64,000 bases of DNA from assembly GCA_022750155.1 (NCBI GenBank), contig JAKIWG010000004.1, positions 20,783-84,782 on the forward strand, read 5' to 3'. Positions 43,184 to 52,600 of this stretch are shown here, piece after piece; position 1 is the stretch's first letter, and each line of letters opens with the position of its first letter. A program made the position numbers and the translations under genes. The notes beneath the pieces were generated by a model. That model saw only the letters and a list, made by a program, of their open reading frames with translations. It searched no databases and was not told the DNA's origin. Source of the stretch: Thermoplasmata archaeon (GTDB lineage Archaea > Thermoplasmatota > Thermoplasmata > Lutacidiplasmatales > UBA184).

Positions 43184-43534
43184 GTCATGCTGGCCCCCCT
43201 ACCACCACGTGCCTCGAGCCCGTCTCGACCCCCCCTGGCGGGCAGACCGGGGGCTCGGGAGACGCCTCGACCAACCGGTGGGGGAACGGAGTGGGCCGAC
43301 CTCGGTGCGCCAGAGAATCCCCTGCCGGCCCGAGACCCGAACCTCGCTCCCCGTGGCCGCCGTCCCGAGTGGGGAGCCGCGCTCGGACCTGGGGTCTCCA
43401 CGCACTCGGGGGGGTCGAACAGGGCTTCCGTCGTCCCCCGTCCGCCTGCGGGCTTCGGGGACCGCCCCCATGAACCACGGTTGTCCAGCCGCCCGGCAGG
43501 CTACAAGTAGGTTGGTCGGGTCAGACCCGGAGTC

Positions 43535-44626
43535 ATGCCGGAACCCACCTCGAAGCTGCAGCGAGATGCGGCTCGCAACATCGTGACCAAGTACCTCAAG
43601 GTCCGTGCAGGGGAGAACGCGATCATCGAGTCATGGAGCCACACCATACCGATGGCCTCGGCACTGGTCGATGAGGTTCGACGAGTGGGGGGCAGAGCCC
43701 TACTCGTCCACGAGGACGAGAACGCGTGGTGGCGCGCGATCGACCGGCGGCAGAGCAAGCTCCTCGGCGCCTCGAATGCTCCGGAGTGGGCCGCGATGAA
43801 GGCCGCGGACGTCTACGTGATGTTCTGGGGTCCGGGCGATACCGACCGCATCGAGCAGCTTGCGGAGAAGACCTTCGACGAGGCGCTCGCCTGGAACTGG
43901 CCCTGGTATGCGGCCGCCCGGAGGGCGGGACTCCGCGGTGGGCGGATGACCGCGGGGTTCGTGACCGAAGGCCGCGCCCGAAAGTGGGGCGTGGACCGAG
44001 CGCAGTGGGAGGAGCGCATGCTGAAGGCATGTCTCGTCGACCCGGAGGAGATCGCCAAGACCGGGGCTCGGCTCCTCAAGTCCCTCGCGGGAGGAAAGAA
44101 GGTCCGGATCACCCACTCCAACGGAACCGACCTGGAGCTCGCTCTCTCCGGGGTCGCTCCGAGGGTTCACGACGGGAGACCCCACGCCAACGACAAGCGA
44201 TACGGCCCCTATCGCATGATGGCGACCTTCCCCGAGGGCCGCGCCGAGGTGGGCCTCGAAGCAACGGTCGCGGAGGGGACGTTCCGGGCCAACCGTCGGA
44301 CCAATATCTGGTGGTACACCCACTCCGGGGGAACGCTCGAATTCGCCGGCGGCAAGCTGACCGCCTTTTCGTTCGAGGATGGCGAGGAAGAGTTCGTCCG
44401 TCAGTACCATCACGGGAAGGCGGGCAAGGACCGTCCCAGCCAGCTCAAGCTCGGGCTGAACCCGGCCGTCACGGACGTGCCGAATCTGGAAAACATCGAA
44501 CGCGGCTGCGTGTCCTTGGTTCTCGGAGGCAACGAAAAGGCGAACTTCATGAGTTGGTTTACGCTCGCCGGCTCGGAGATCGAGGTCGACGGTACCCCGG
44601 TCATCCGCGCCGGAAAGATCCTCTGA
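43535..44626 (+). CDS. M29-family aminopeptidase (AmpS/aminopeptidase T-like)
   Basis: Length (363 aa) and the N-terminal pattern 'AARNIVTKYLKVRAGENAIIESW..ALVDEVRRVGG' resemble COG2309 aminopeptidases. Assigned by eye only. Confidence 0.6.
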   Translation: MPEPTSKLQRDAARNIVTKYLKVRAGENAIIESWSHTIPMASALVDEVRRVGGRALLVHEDENAWWRAIDRRQSKLLGASNAPEWAAMKAADVYVMFWGPGDTDRIEQLAEKTFDEALAWNWPWYAAARRAGLRGGRMTAGFVTEGRARKWGVDRAQWEERMLKACLVDPEEIAKTGARLLKSLAGGKKVRITHSNGTDLELALSGVAPRVHDGRPHANDKRYGPYRMMATFPEGRAEVGLEATVAEGTFRANRRTNIWWYTHSGGTLEFAGGKLTAFSFEDGEEEFVRQYHHGKAGKDRPSQLKLGLNPAVTDVPNLENIERGCVSLVLGGNEKANFMSWFTLAGSEIEVDGTPVIRAGKIL

Positions 44627-44854
44627 GCTTGAATCGACCACGCAGTGCGAGGCGGTCGAACCGGGCATTCGCTCGATCCGATCCCACGGCCGGATAGCGG
44701 GGCAGTGGGCCTCAGCCCCCTCTTCTCGCTCTGGGTGGCCCGATGCGCTGCAACCCCCCGACCGCCCGCACCCGGCATGGTGCCGGGGGTCGGTCCGACG
44801 GCTTCTTCAGGGGACCCGGAACGGAGCGTGACCGTCCGATCCCTCCTGCCCGCC

Positions 44855-45424
44855 TCAGGGGCTTCCCAAACCCTTGGGCATCCGCTCCCCCGCCCGCACG
44901 GGCGCGGTGAGCCAGTTCTCCGGCGGAGGAAACGGGCAGGAGTACGAATCGCTGTAGGCGCAGTAGGGATTGTAGGCCTCGTTGAAGTCGAGGTCGTACT
45001 CCCCGCTTTCGCGGGCGACTACGTCGAGGTACCGACCCGCCCCGTAGCTCTCCTTCCCGCTCGTCGCGTCCCGGAACGGGACGAAGAGTTGGTCCTCCTC
45101 GGGGGCGGGGACCGACCGGTACGCCCAGAGCCGCACCGTCGTCCCGGCGAGGAGGATCTCGAAGTATCCGACACGTCGGAAGCGCCTCGGCGTTCCCCGG
45201 GATACCTCCATCTGGATCGTCGTCTCGGAGGGAGAAGGCTGGAGCGCCAACCGGTAGCGCATCCCGGCATCGGGGGGAAAGAACTCCAACCCCCGAAACC
45301 GGGGACGGTCGGCGGCCGAGACCGGCGAGTCCGGACTCTGGCGGAACGCGGCGTCCTTCGCGGCCCGGCCCACCTCGAGGGAGCGTGCCCACTGCGCGAT
45401 CTCCGACTCCCCCTCGGCTGACAT
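44855..45424 (-). CDS. DUF1684 domain protein
   Basis: The characteristic C-terminal motif 'DFNEAYNPYCAYSDSYSCPFPPPENWL..VRAGE'. Start trimmed to ATG 45424. Confidence 0.75.
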   Translation of the reverse strand: MSAEGESEIAQWARSLEVGRAAKDAAFRQSPDSPVSAADRPRFRGLEFFPPDAGMRYRLALQPSPSETTIQMEVSRGTPRRFRRVGYFEILLAGTTVRLWAYRSVPAPEEDQLFVPFRDATSGKESYGAGRYLDVVARESGEYDLDFNEAYNPYCAYSDSYSCPFPPPENWLTAPVRAGERMPKGLGSP

Positions 45425-45749
45425 GCCGCGGATGGTAATGCGGCCGAGGATAAGCCGTCCGCGTTGGCATCCAAACGAGGGCTCGCTCTGCCTACCCGGT
45501 CCATCGGACGGTTCACCTGCCCAGGTCCGTGGGTGGCGATCTCCCCCGCCTCGCCCCATCAACCCCTGGACGAAGGGAGGAGACCCCCCCGCGGGTTCTG
45601 CGGTGGATTCCGAGCCGACGCTAGCGATAACAGGGGGCGCCCCCTGGGGTTCCTTCGTGTCTGGAAAGGATTCCGACTCCCGAGACACCTCCCCGCTCGA
45701 CCCCGAGTGCGCATGTTTCCGACGACTTCTTCCTCGCCTCATCCCCGAG

Positions 45750-45932
45750 ATGACCGGGCGTTTCGTGCTCGTGCATGAGGACGAGCTCGTGGGCGTGTTC
45801 GCGACGGAGCACGAGGCCGTGCGAAGGGGGTTCGACCTGTTGGGCGCCGTTCCGTTCCTCGTGAGGGAGGTGCCGGCCGCCCCTCCGGGGGGCCGTCCCG
45901 CCCGGACCGGGACGCGAGAGGCCCCTCCATGA
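45750..45932 (+). CDS. 60-aa miniprotein translationally coupled to the aspartic protease gene
   Basis: ATG at 45750; ATGA overlap with the next gene. 'RFVLVHEDELVGVFATEHEAVRRGFDLLGAVPFLVREV' is a compact beta-alpha-beta-like unit. High GC3. Confidence 0.55.
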   Translation: MTGRFVLVHEDELVGVFATEHEAVRRGFDLLGAVPFLVREVPAAPPGGRPARTGTREAPP

Positions 45933-46360
45933 TCACCATCGAGAACCCGCAGCTGCGCGAAACCGGCCCGATCCTCCCGATCCGCGTGGGGGTTTCAGAG
46001 GCCGAGGAGCTGGCCCTTCGAAGGGTCGGCAACCTCGTTCCCGAGTCGATCCCGGCCAACGCCCTCATCGACACCGGATCCGGCCGGAGCATCATCCAGC
46101 ACCAACTCGCGCAGACGCTCCACCTGACCCCGGTGGGGGTCGTGGAGTTCGATACCCCCGCCTCCGTCGACGTATCGGCGGTCGAGTATTACGCCCGATT
46201 CTGGCTCGCGGGAGGCGTGAGCTTCGAGTCGAAGGTGATGGAGGCCCCCCTGCCGGTTCCGAAGGTGCGGGCGCTGATTGGCCGCGACATCCTCGCGCTC
46301 GGGATCCTCACCTATGACGGGAAGGGTCGCAGGTTCTCCTTCGATTTCGGGACTCGTTGA
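45929..46360 (+). CDS. Retropepsin-like clan AA aspartic protease
   Basis: Catalytic 'ALIDTGSGRSII' (D-T/S-G) and the flap/dimer motif 'LIGRDILALG'. 143 aa, typical of prokaryotic single-lobe retropepsin-like proteases. Confidence 0.8.
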   Translation: MITIENPQLRETGPILPIRVGVSEAEELALRRVGNLVPESIPANALIDTGSGRSIIQHQLAQTLHLTPVGVVEFDTPASVDVSAVEYYARFWLAGGVSFESKVMEAPLPVPKVRALIGRDILALGILTYDGKGRRFSFDFGTR

Positions 46361-46469
46361 GCGTCCGGCCGAGGCCGAGCGTCGTCATGGGTTCGAGACA
46401 AGCGATTAGAACCCCCAGCCCCTAACCCAGTTGCCCCTCCCGCGCAGGGAGGTCAAGGACGGTCCGAGG

Positions 46470-46658
46470 ATGCCTATTCCCGAGGAGTTTGTCAAGAAAC
46501 GGACCGAGGTCACCATCAGCAAGGCATCCCTCCGTGAGCTCAGCTGCCGCGGATGCGGGGCGCGGATGGACGCGAAGAACATCAGCGGCGGGTACGCCAA
46601 GTGCGACTATTGCGGCCATATCTTTTCCCTGGAGGTAGAGGGCGGCTCCGCCCTCTAG
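46470..46658 (+). CDS. 62-aa zinc-ribbon protein, first gene of the AIM24 cluster
   Basis: CRGCGARM...CDYCGHIF (CxxC-17-CxxC). The ATG at 46470 is directly preceded by GAGG. Confidence 0.65.
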   Translation: MPIPEEFVKKRTEVTISKASLRELSCRGCGARMDAKNISGGYAKCDYCGHIFSLEVEGGSAL

Positions 46659-46720
46659 GTCACCCCCGGTGCGCGCTACGTCGTGCCGGCCGGATTTCTC
46701 TTCGAGAGGGGGGGCATAGG

Positions 46721-47341
46721 ATGGAGCTCGAGGTCGTGCCCGGTGTGGTCCCCTCCGTCCTCGCGACACTCGTGGGAGGCGAATCGATCTACTCCGAGCA
46801 CGGGATCGTGTTGTACAAGGAGGACTCGGTCAAGGTCGAGCGCAAGACCATTCACAGCGGCGGGCTCATGTCCACCCTCAAGCGGACCTCCGTCGGCGGC
46901 CTGCCGTTCTTCCTCGCAGCGTTCAACGGCCCAGGTCAGGTGGCGTTCTCCCGCGATGGGGTCGGGGAGGTCCGGGTCATGGAACTTGCCCAGGGTCAGG
47001 TCCTGGACGTGGCGGAGGGTTCTCTCGTCTGCGCCGACAATCGGATCGCGTATGAGACGATCTACGTCAAGGGTGCCAGCGGCTGGATGGGGATGTGGAT
47101 GGACCAGCTCACCGGTCCGGGCAAGTTCGCGCTTCATGCCTACGGCAATTTCGTCACGCTCACCCTGCGACCGGGTGAATCGGTCGTGGCCGAGCGCCGT
47201 GCCATCCTCCACAAGACCCCGACGATGCACCTGACCCCAATGGTGCAGAAGCTCGGGGGAGGGCTGCTGGGTCGCATGCTGGCCCAGGAGATGTACGTGG
47301 TCGAGGGCCCCGGCACCGTCGCATTGCAGACCGGGCGGTGA
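46721..47341 (+). CDS. AIM24/TIGR00266 (DUF124) family protein, paralog 1
   Basis: Family pattern: 'GESIYSEHGIVLYKEDSV', 'GPGQVAFSRDGVGEVRVMELAQGQVLDVAEGSLVCAD', 'LTGPGKFALHAYGNFVTLTLRPGESVVAERRAIL' and 'GPGTVALQT'. Confidence 0.85.
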   Translation: MELEVVPGVVPSVLATLVGGESIYSEHGIVLYKEDSVKVERKTIHSGGLMSTLKRTSVGGLPFFLAAFNGPGQVAFSRDGVGEVRVMELAQGQVLDVAEGSLVCADNRIAYETIYVKGASGWMGMWMDQLTGPGKFALHAYGNFVTLTLRPGESVVAERRAILHKTPTMHLTPMVQKLGGGLLGRMLAQEMYVVEGPGTVALQTGR

Positions 47342-47345
47342 TCCG

Positions 47346-47993
47346 ATGTCGAAGATGGACCACATCGGCGACGTGGCCCCCGCGCTATTGCTCCAGCTCG
47401 CGGCCGGGGAGAAGTCGCTCGTGCTCCTCGATTCCGTCAAGTACCGCGACCCGACGGTGAAGGTCGACCGGATCCGGCGGACCTTCCCCAACCCGACCGG
47501 CCAGTGGCCCACGCAGCTCGGGAGGTACTTCGAGACCCTCGAGGGGCCCGGCAGCGCCACGATCTCCACCGGTACGGTGGGCGAGGTGCGGCCCCAGTCG
47601 CTCGGAGCGGGGGAGTCGATCTTTCTGCACCACGCCTCCCTGCTCGCCCACGACGCCCAAATGGGGTTCGGCCTCGTCGTGCTGGCCGTCTATCAAGTCC
47701 CCGGGATGCAGCAGCCGTCATACCTGGAGGCGGTCCAGCTCACCGGCCCGGGCAACTACGCGTTCCAGACGCTCGGCAACGCCCTTACCTTCCAACTCAA
47801 GCCCGGGGAGACGATCCGCACCGTGCCCCATGCGCTCCTCGGTCTTTCCCCCGGGGTCGGGGTCCGGGTGAACATCTTCGGGGGCGCGCCGAACTTCCCG
47901 ACGAACCACTATTTCCCGCTGCTGGACGTCGTCGGGCCGGGTACGGTCATGGTCCACAGCGGCGAGTTCTTCATGGAGGGACCGAGGGAATGA
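47346..47993 (+). CDS. Divergent AIM24-like protein, paralog 2
   Basis: Same three-part pattern (GPGSATISTGTVGEV..GESIFLHHASLLAHD; LTGPGNYAFQTLGNALTFQLKPGETIRTVPHALL; GPGTVMVHSG) but much more diverged. It starts 4 bp after paralog 1. Confidence 0.75.
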   Translation: MSKMDHIGDVAPALLLQLAAGEKSLVLLDSVKYRDPTVKVDRIRRTFPNPTGQWPTQLGRYFETLEGPGSATISTGTVGEVRPQSLGAGESIFLHHASLLAHDAQMGFGLVVLAVYQVPGMQQPSYLEAVQLTGPGNYAFQTLGNALTFQLKPGETIRTVPHALLGLSPGVGVRVNIFGGAPNFPTNHYFPLLDVVGPGTVMVHSGEFFMEGPRE

Positions 47994-48637
47994 AGTTCAC
48001 CGTCCAGGGGGGCTACATCCCCAACGCGCTCACCGAGCTGGGACCCGACGAGCAGGTCTACTGCGAGGCGGGGGTGATGGTCTACTGCGACCCGACGATC
48101 CGGTTCCACCAGCGGGCGATGATCCAGGGCGGGATCGGTCGTTCGCTCAAGCGGAGCCTCATCGGGGGAGTGCCGTTCTACATGCATACGTACCTCGGAC
48201 CGGGATACGCGGCGTTCAGCCGCTCGGAACCCGGCGAGGTCCGGGTCATCGAGCTCGCGGCCGGCCAGATCCTCGACGTCGCCGAGCATTCCCTCCTGCT
48301 CGCCTCCTCCACGATCCAGTACGACACGGTCTACGTCAAGGGAACGGGCCGCATCGGCCGGATGATCGGGTTCTGGATGGACCGCCTCGCCGGCCCCGGC
48401 ACGGTCGCCGTCCACGGGCACGGCAACATCCTGAGCTTCAACCTGCCGGCCGGCGAGGTGTTCGACGTCGACCACGGGGCCGTCCTGATGAAGGACGATT
48501 CCGTCACGATGCAGGCGTTCAACCAATCGCTCGGCGGCGGGCTGATGGGTTCCGCGATGAGCTACGAAGCGATGCGGATCTCCGGACCCGGGCACCTGTG
48601 GTTGCAGACCCTCGACCCGTCGCTCCCCCGGCGCTAG
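47990..48637 (+). CDS. AIM24/TIGR00266 family protein, paralog 3
   Basis: 'EQVYCEAGVMVYCDPTI', 'GPGYAAFSRSEPGEVRVIELAAGQILDVAEHSLL', 'LAGPGTVAVHGHGNILSFNLPAGEVFDVDHGAVL' and 'GPGHLWLQT'. ATGA overlap with paralog 2. Confidence 0.85.
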   Translation: MKFTVQGGYIPNALTELGPDEQVYCEAGVMVYCDPTIRFHQRAMIQGGIGRSLKRSLIGGVPFYMHTYLGPGYAAFSRSEPGEVRVIELAAGQILDVAEHSLLLASSTIQYDTVYVKGTGRIGRMIGFWMDRLAGPGTVAVHGHGNILSFNLPAGEVFDVDHGAVLMKDDSVTMQAFNQSLGGGLMGSAMSYEAMRISGPGHLWLQTLDPSLPRR

Positions 48638-48668
48638 CCGCATGAGGTGTCGCGCCGGCGGGTGCCGA

Positions 48669-49541
48669 TCAGTCCTCGGTGATGCGCTTGTGCTTGATGA
48701 AGTCGCCGCGACGTAGCTCGGTGACGGCCTCCATCAGCTCTTCCTGGGTGTTCATGACGATGGGACCGTACCACGCGACCGGTTCGTGGAGCGGGCGGCC
48801 GGTCACGAACAGGAACCGCATCCCTTGGCCGCCCGCGTGGATGTCCACGGCGTCCCCGGCCCCGAAGACCCCCACGTGATTCGGGCCCATCGGTCGGGGC
48901 TGCGTCGGGTCGAGGCGTCCGTCCCCCTCGATGACGAACCCGAACGCCGTGTGCCCCTTCGGCGTCGGTTGGCGGAACGCCCCGTTCGGAGGGAGCGTGA
49001 CGTCCAGGTACGTGGGGTCGACGGGAATCCCCTCCACAGGACCGCGGACCCCGTCCAGGGTTCCCGCGACGACCTTCACTTTCGCCCCGTCGGGCCGGAC
49101 CACGATGGGGAACTCCTTTTCGACGAGCCCCCGGTACTCCGGTTCGGACATCTTCATCGATTTCGGGAGGTTGACCCAGAGCTGGAAACCGTCCATCGTC
49201 CCCTCGATCCGCTTGGGCATCTCCTGGTGGAGCAGCCCGCTCCCGGCACTCATCCACTGCACGTCACCGGAACCGATGACACCGGAGTTGCCGAGGGTGT
49301 CGCCGTGCTCCACCTTGCCGTTCAACATGTACGTGACGGTCTCGATCCCCCGGTGGGGGTGCCAAGGGAAGCCGGCCTCATAGTCGAGCGGATTCGACGA
49401 CCCGAAATGATCCAGCAGGAGGAACGGATCGAGCATCGGAACCTGTCCATGCCCGAAGAGCCGCTTCAGCCGGACCCCGGCCCCCTCCACGGTATCCACC
49501 GGTGGGAGGATCTGCTCCACCCGCCTCACTTCTTCGTCCAC
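48669..49541 (-). CDS. Pirin-family bicupin protein
   Basis: 'GFPWHPHRGIETVTYML' metal-binding cupin motif. 290 aa. Confidence 0.88.
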   Translation of the reverse strand: MDEEVRRVEQILPPVDTVEGAGVRLKRLFGHGQVPMLDPFLLLDHFGSSNPLDYEAGFPWHPHRGIETVTYMLNGKVEHGDTLGNSGVIGSGDVQWMSAGSGLLHQEMPKRIEGTMDGFQLWVNLPKSMKMSEPEYRGLVEKEFPIVVRPDGAKVKVVAGTLDGVRGPVEGIPVDPTYLDVTLPPNGAFRQPTPKGHTAFGFVIEGDGRLDPTQPRPMGPNHVGVFGAGDAVDIHAGGQGMRFLFVTGRPLHEPVAWYGPIVMNTQEELMEAVTELRRGDFIKHKRITED

Positions 49542-49673
49542 GGTTGGTCCCCTGTTGGACGAGGCCGGCGGATTGGATAAGAGGCGCGTTACGCGGGGGT
49601 AACGCGGTCACCCCGGCCGAGACCGGGGCCCGCCCGAGGCTCGACTCGAACCGCTCAGCCCGCGGGGCTCCGG

Positions 49674-52600
49674 TCACGCCGGGGGGTCTCGGGGGCGCCT
49701 CCGGGGCCAGATCGTACGCACGGCGGCACCGATCAGAGCCCCCAGCACCCCAGTGGCGGCGATCGCGACCCACCCCGCGCCTCCCAGGTCGGACCCCCCT
49801 GTGATCGGGGCCGCCCCGGCCGAGGGCAGGACCTCCAACGAGGCGCTGCCGTTCACGACCTCCCCCGAGGCGTCCGTCACGCGCACCCCCACGGAATACT
49901 CCCCGGTCCGCGACGGAGTGCAGGTCAACGCCGGTGCGTTCGCACTCGCGCACCCGGGGGGCAGGCCGGAATAGTTGAATCGGAACGGTCCCACGCCCCC
50001 GCTCCAGTTGGCGACCAGCACGGTCGTACCACCTAGTTGGAGGGGGCTCGGGTCGACCCAGAACGAGGCCAGCACGAGCGGAGCCGCCACGCCGACCGCC
50101 CCCACCACGAGCTGGCAGCGGGCGCGAGCGGAGTCACCTCCGGAATCGGAGACGGTGAGCCAGACGGAGAACGTCCCGACCTCGCCCGGGGTGCACGGCA
50201 GGACCGAAGTGTTCAGGGACCCGCATCCGCTCGGCAATCCCGAATACCCGTACGCGAGCGGCCCCGCTCCCCCCGTCGCGTTCACGAGGAACGCCGTGGA
50301 CTCCCCCGGGTACACGGGGTCGGGCTGAGGCACGAATCCGCGGATGACCAGGCCGCCACCGCCCGTCACTGGATAGACCATGAGTCCGGTCGCCAGCGTG
50401 GTGGATTCTCCGAGCGCGTCCGTGACCGTCAACTGGATCGAGTACGTCCCCGCGGCCCCGGGGACGCACGCCAACTGGCTCTGATCGGCAGTTCCGCAGG
50501 GCGTCGGCAAGCCCGTATAGGTGTACGAGAGCGCCCCGTGGCCGCCCGTGGCCACGGCGGTGATACTGGTCGAAGTCCCCAGGGTCACCGCCGGCGGCGT
50601 CACCGAAAAGGTCGTGACCTGGGGCCGACCCACCGCGCCGGCCGAGGTGACGACCAGGGAGAGTACGGCCACCGTCACCACGGCGTCGGCGTCGGTCACG
50701 GTCGTGTTGACCGCAAAGATCCCCAAAGCGAGTGGGGTGCACGGAAGCCGGGCGGCGTCCTGGGACGCGCACCCCGCGGGCAGGCCAGCATACGCGTACG
50801 AGTAGGGCGATACCCCCCCCGTCACGACGCTTTGCAGAACGGTCTGGTTCCCGAGGACGAGCCGTGAGGGGGTCGCATTGAACGACACCAAAGATGGCCC
50901 CGGCACGACCCGGAGCGGGAGGATGGCCCCCGACGAGTTTCCGGCCGAGTCCGTGACGTTGAGGGCGATCGTGAAGTTCCCCGTGACGGCGGGCTTGCAC
51001 CGGAGGCTCGCCGAATCGGCCGTGGGACACCCCGCGGGGAGCCCCGCATATTGGTAGGATAGCGGCAGGTGGGAGTCGGTGACGTTCGCCACGATCGTAG
51101 TGAGGGTGCCGACGTCGAGAGTGGAAGGGGAGGCGGTGAACGAGCGGACGGACGGCTGCGACGCGGGTGCTCGGGTCCAGGTCCATTCGTCGCTGCACAC
51201 GTACTTCAGACATCCCGGGCCGTAGAGGCCCGGAACTCCTGACCCCTCGGAGTTGGTACCGCCCAGGAGCACTCCGCCGGTCAAGGAGGGGTCGTAGGTG
51301 AACACCGCCCCGCTGCGATTCGGGGGGGCGACCGGGGGGAACCCCTCGAGCCAACTCCCGTTCTGGAACGCCCATGTGTCGCCTAGCCAGGTCAAGGCGC
51401 CGGCCCCGCTTCCCCCGAACATCACGACGAGGCCGTCGTGGGGATCCCCCATCATCGCGCCCCCGGTACGGGAAGGAGGCGCGGTCCCGGCGCGAGCCGT
51501 GAGATTCGTCCACGTTCCCCCGGCGAAACCCCAGGTCTGGCTGGTGCTCGTGGACCAAGAGTACCCCGGAACGGTCGCCTGGAACGTGCCGAAAAGGAGT
51601 ACGTATCCGTCCGCGGAGTCGTAGGCTAACGGATTCGTCGAGCTGGCAGGAGGAGCCAGCGCGGAGCTGGCGGTCACATTCGACCAGGTGCCCGCGCGGA
51701 AGGTCCAAGTGTCGCGGTACCCGTTGGCGAACGGAGTCCCGCGCAGACTATCACCGCCGAACAACAGGGCGAAGCCGTCGCCTTCGTCATAGACCAGCCC
51801 CTGGCCGGATCGGGGGGACGGGGCGACGTTCGTCGAAAGCTGGGTCCAAGCTCCGGACTTGAACTCCCAAGAGTCGTTGAGCGCGCCAGACGCCCCTCCG
51901 CCTCCGAAGAGCAGGACGTACCCGTCCGTCGCATCGTAAACCATGCCCGCGCGGTCGCGCGGCGTCGGGAACGTCGTCGGTTGGAGGAGGGTCCATCGGC
52001 CCCCGGCGAACGTCCAGGAATCGTTCAGCAGTCTCGGGGAGCAGGAACCCACCGAGGAGGGGCACGTCACTCCGCCGAAGAGCAATACATAGCCGTCGGT
52101 CGGGTCGTAGGTCATCGACGCGTCCAGGCGGGGGGACGGCTCGGGCCGGGTGAGATTCGTCCAGATACTGGAGTGGAGGCTCCACGTGTCGCTGAGGTCC
52201 GTGAAACCGGCTCCCCCGAACATCAGAAGATAGCCGTCGACCGCGTCGTACGCGGTCGCGGCGTCCAGTCGCTGGCGTGGCCCGGTGGAAAAACTCACCG
52301 GCGACCAGTTTCCTCCCTGGAAGGCCCAGGTGATCTCCGTTTGGCTCGAGTAACTCGACCAGTTGTACGCGTTCGTGTAGATCACCGCCCGGTCCGAGGC
52401 GTCGTAGGTGAAGGCGTCGGGCTGCGGAACCGGAGGGCTCTGCGAGGGGTGGAGCTTCGTCCAAACTCCGGCCGTGTACCTCCAGGTGTCGTTGAGGGGA
52501 GCGTAGACATTGTTGCTCGAGCCGCCGAACAGTACCACGTATCCGTCGATCGCGTCATAGGCGAACCCCGCGTCCGCGCGTGCGCTCGGTGGGTGCGAGG

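Noticed and set aside
43184-43505. Assignment of the structured intergenic region to SRP RNA or RNase P RNA.
   Set aside because: The size is suggestive. However, the SRP helix-8 signature (CAGGcCC-GGAA-GGgAGCA..GGCAGG) and the RNase P P4 signature (GGAAAGUCC / ACAGAAnCCGGCUUA) are absent on both strands. I kept it only as an unclassified candidate.
44771-44787. Perfect hairpin CCCGGCA-tgg-TGCCGGG in the convergent gap between the aminopeptidase and DUF1684 genes, considered as a terminator.
   Set aside because: Archaeal termination relies mainly on oligo-T tracts, not hairpins. No T-run follows, the loop is only 3 nt, and such GC stems arise easily at this base composition.
45929-46360. Retropepsin-like protease as evidence of a retroelement or provirus.
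   Set aside because: No reverse transcriptase, integrase, capsid or LTR-like repeats are nearby. Prokaryotic clan AA single-domain proteases are chromosomal genes.
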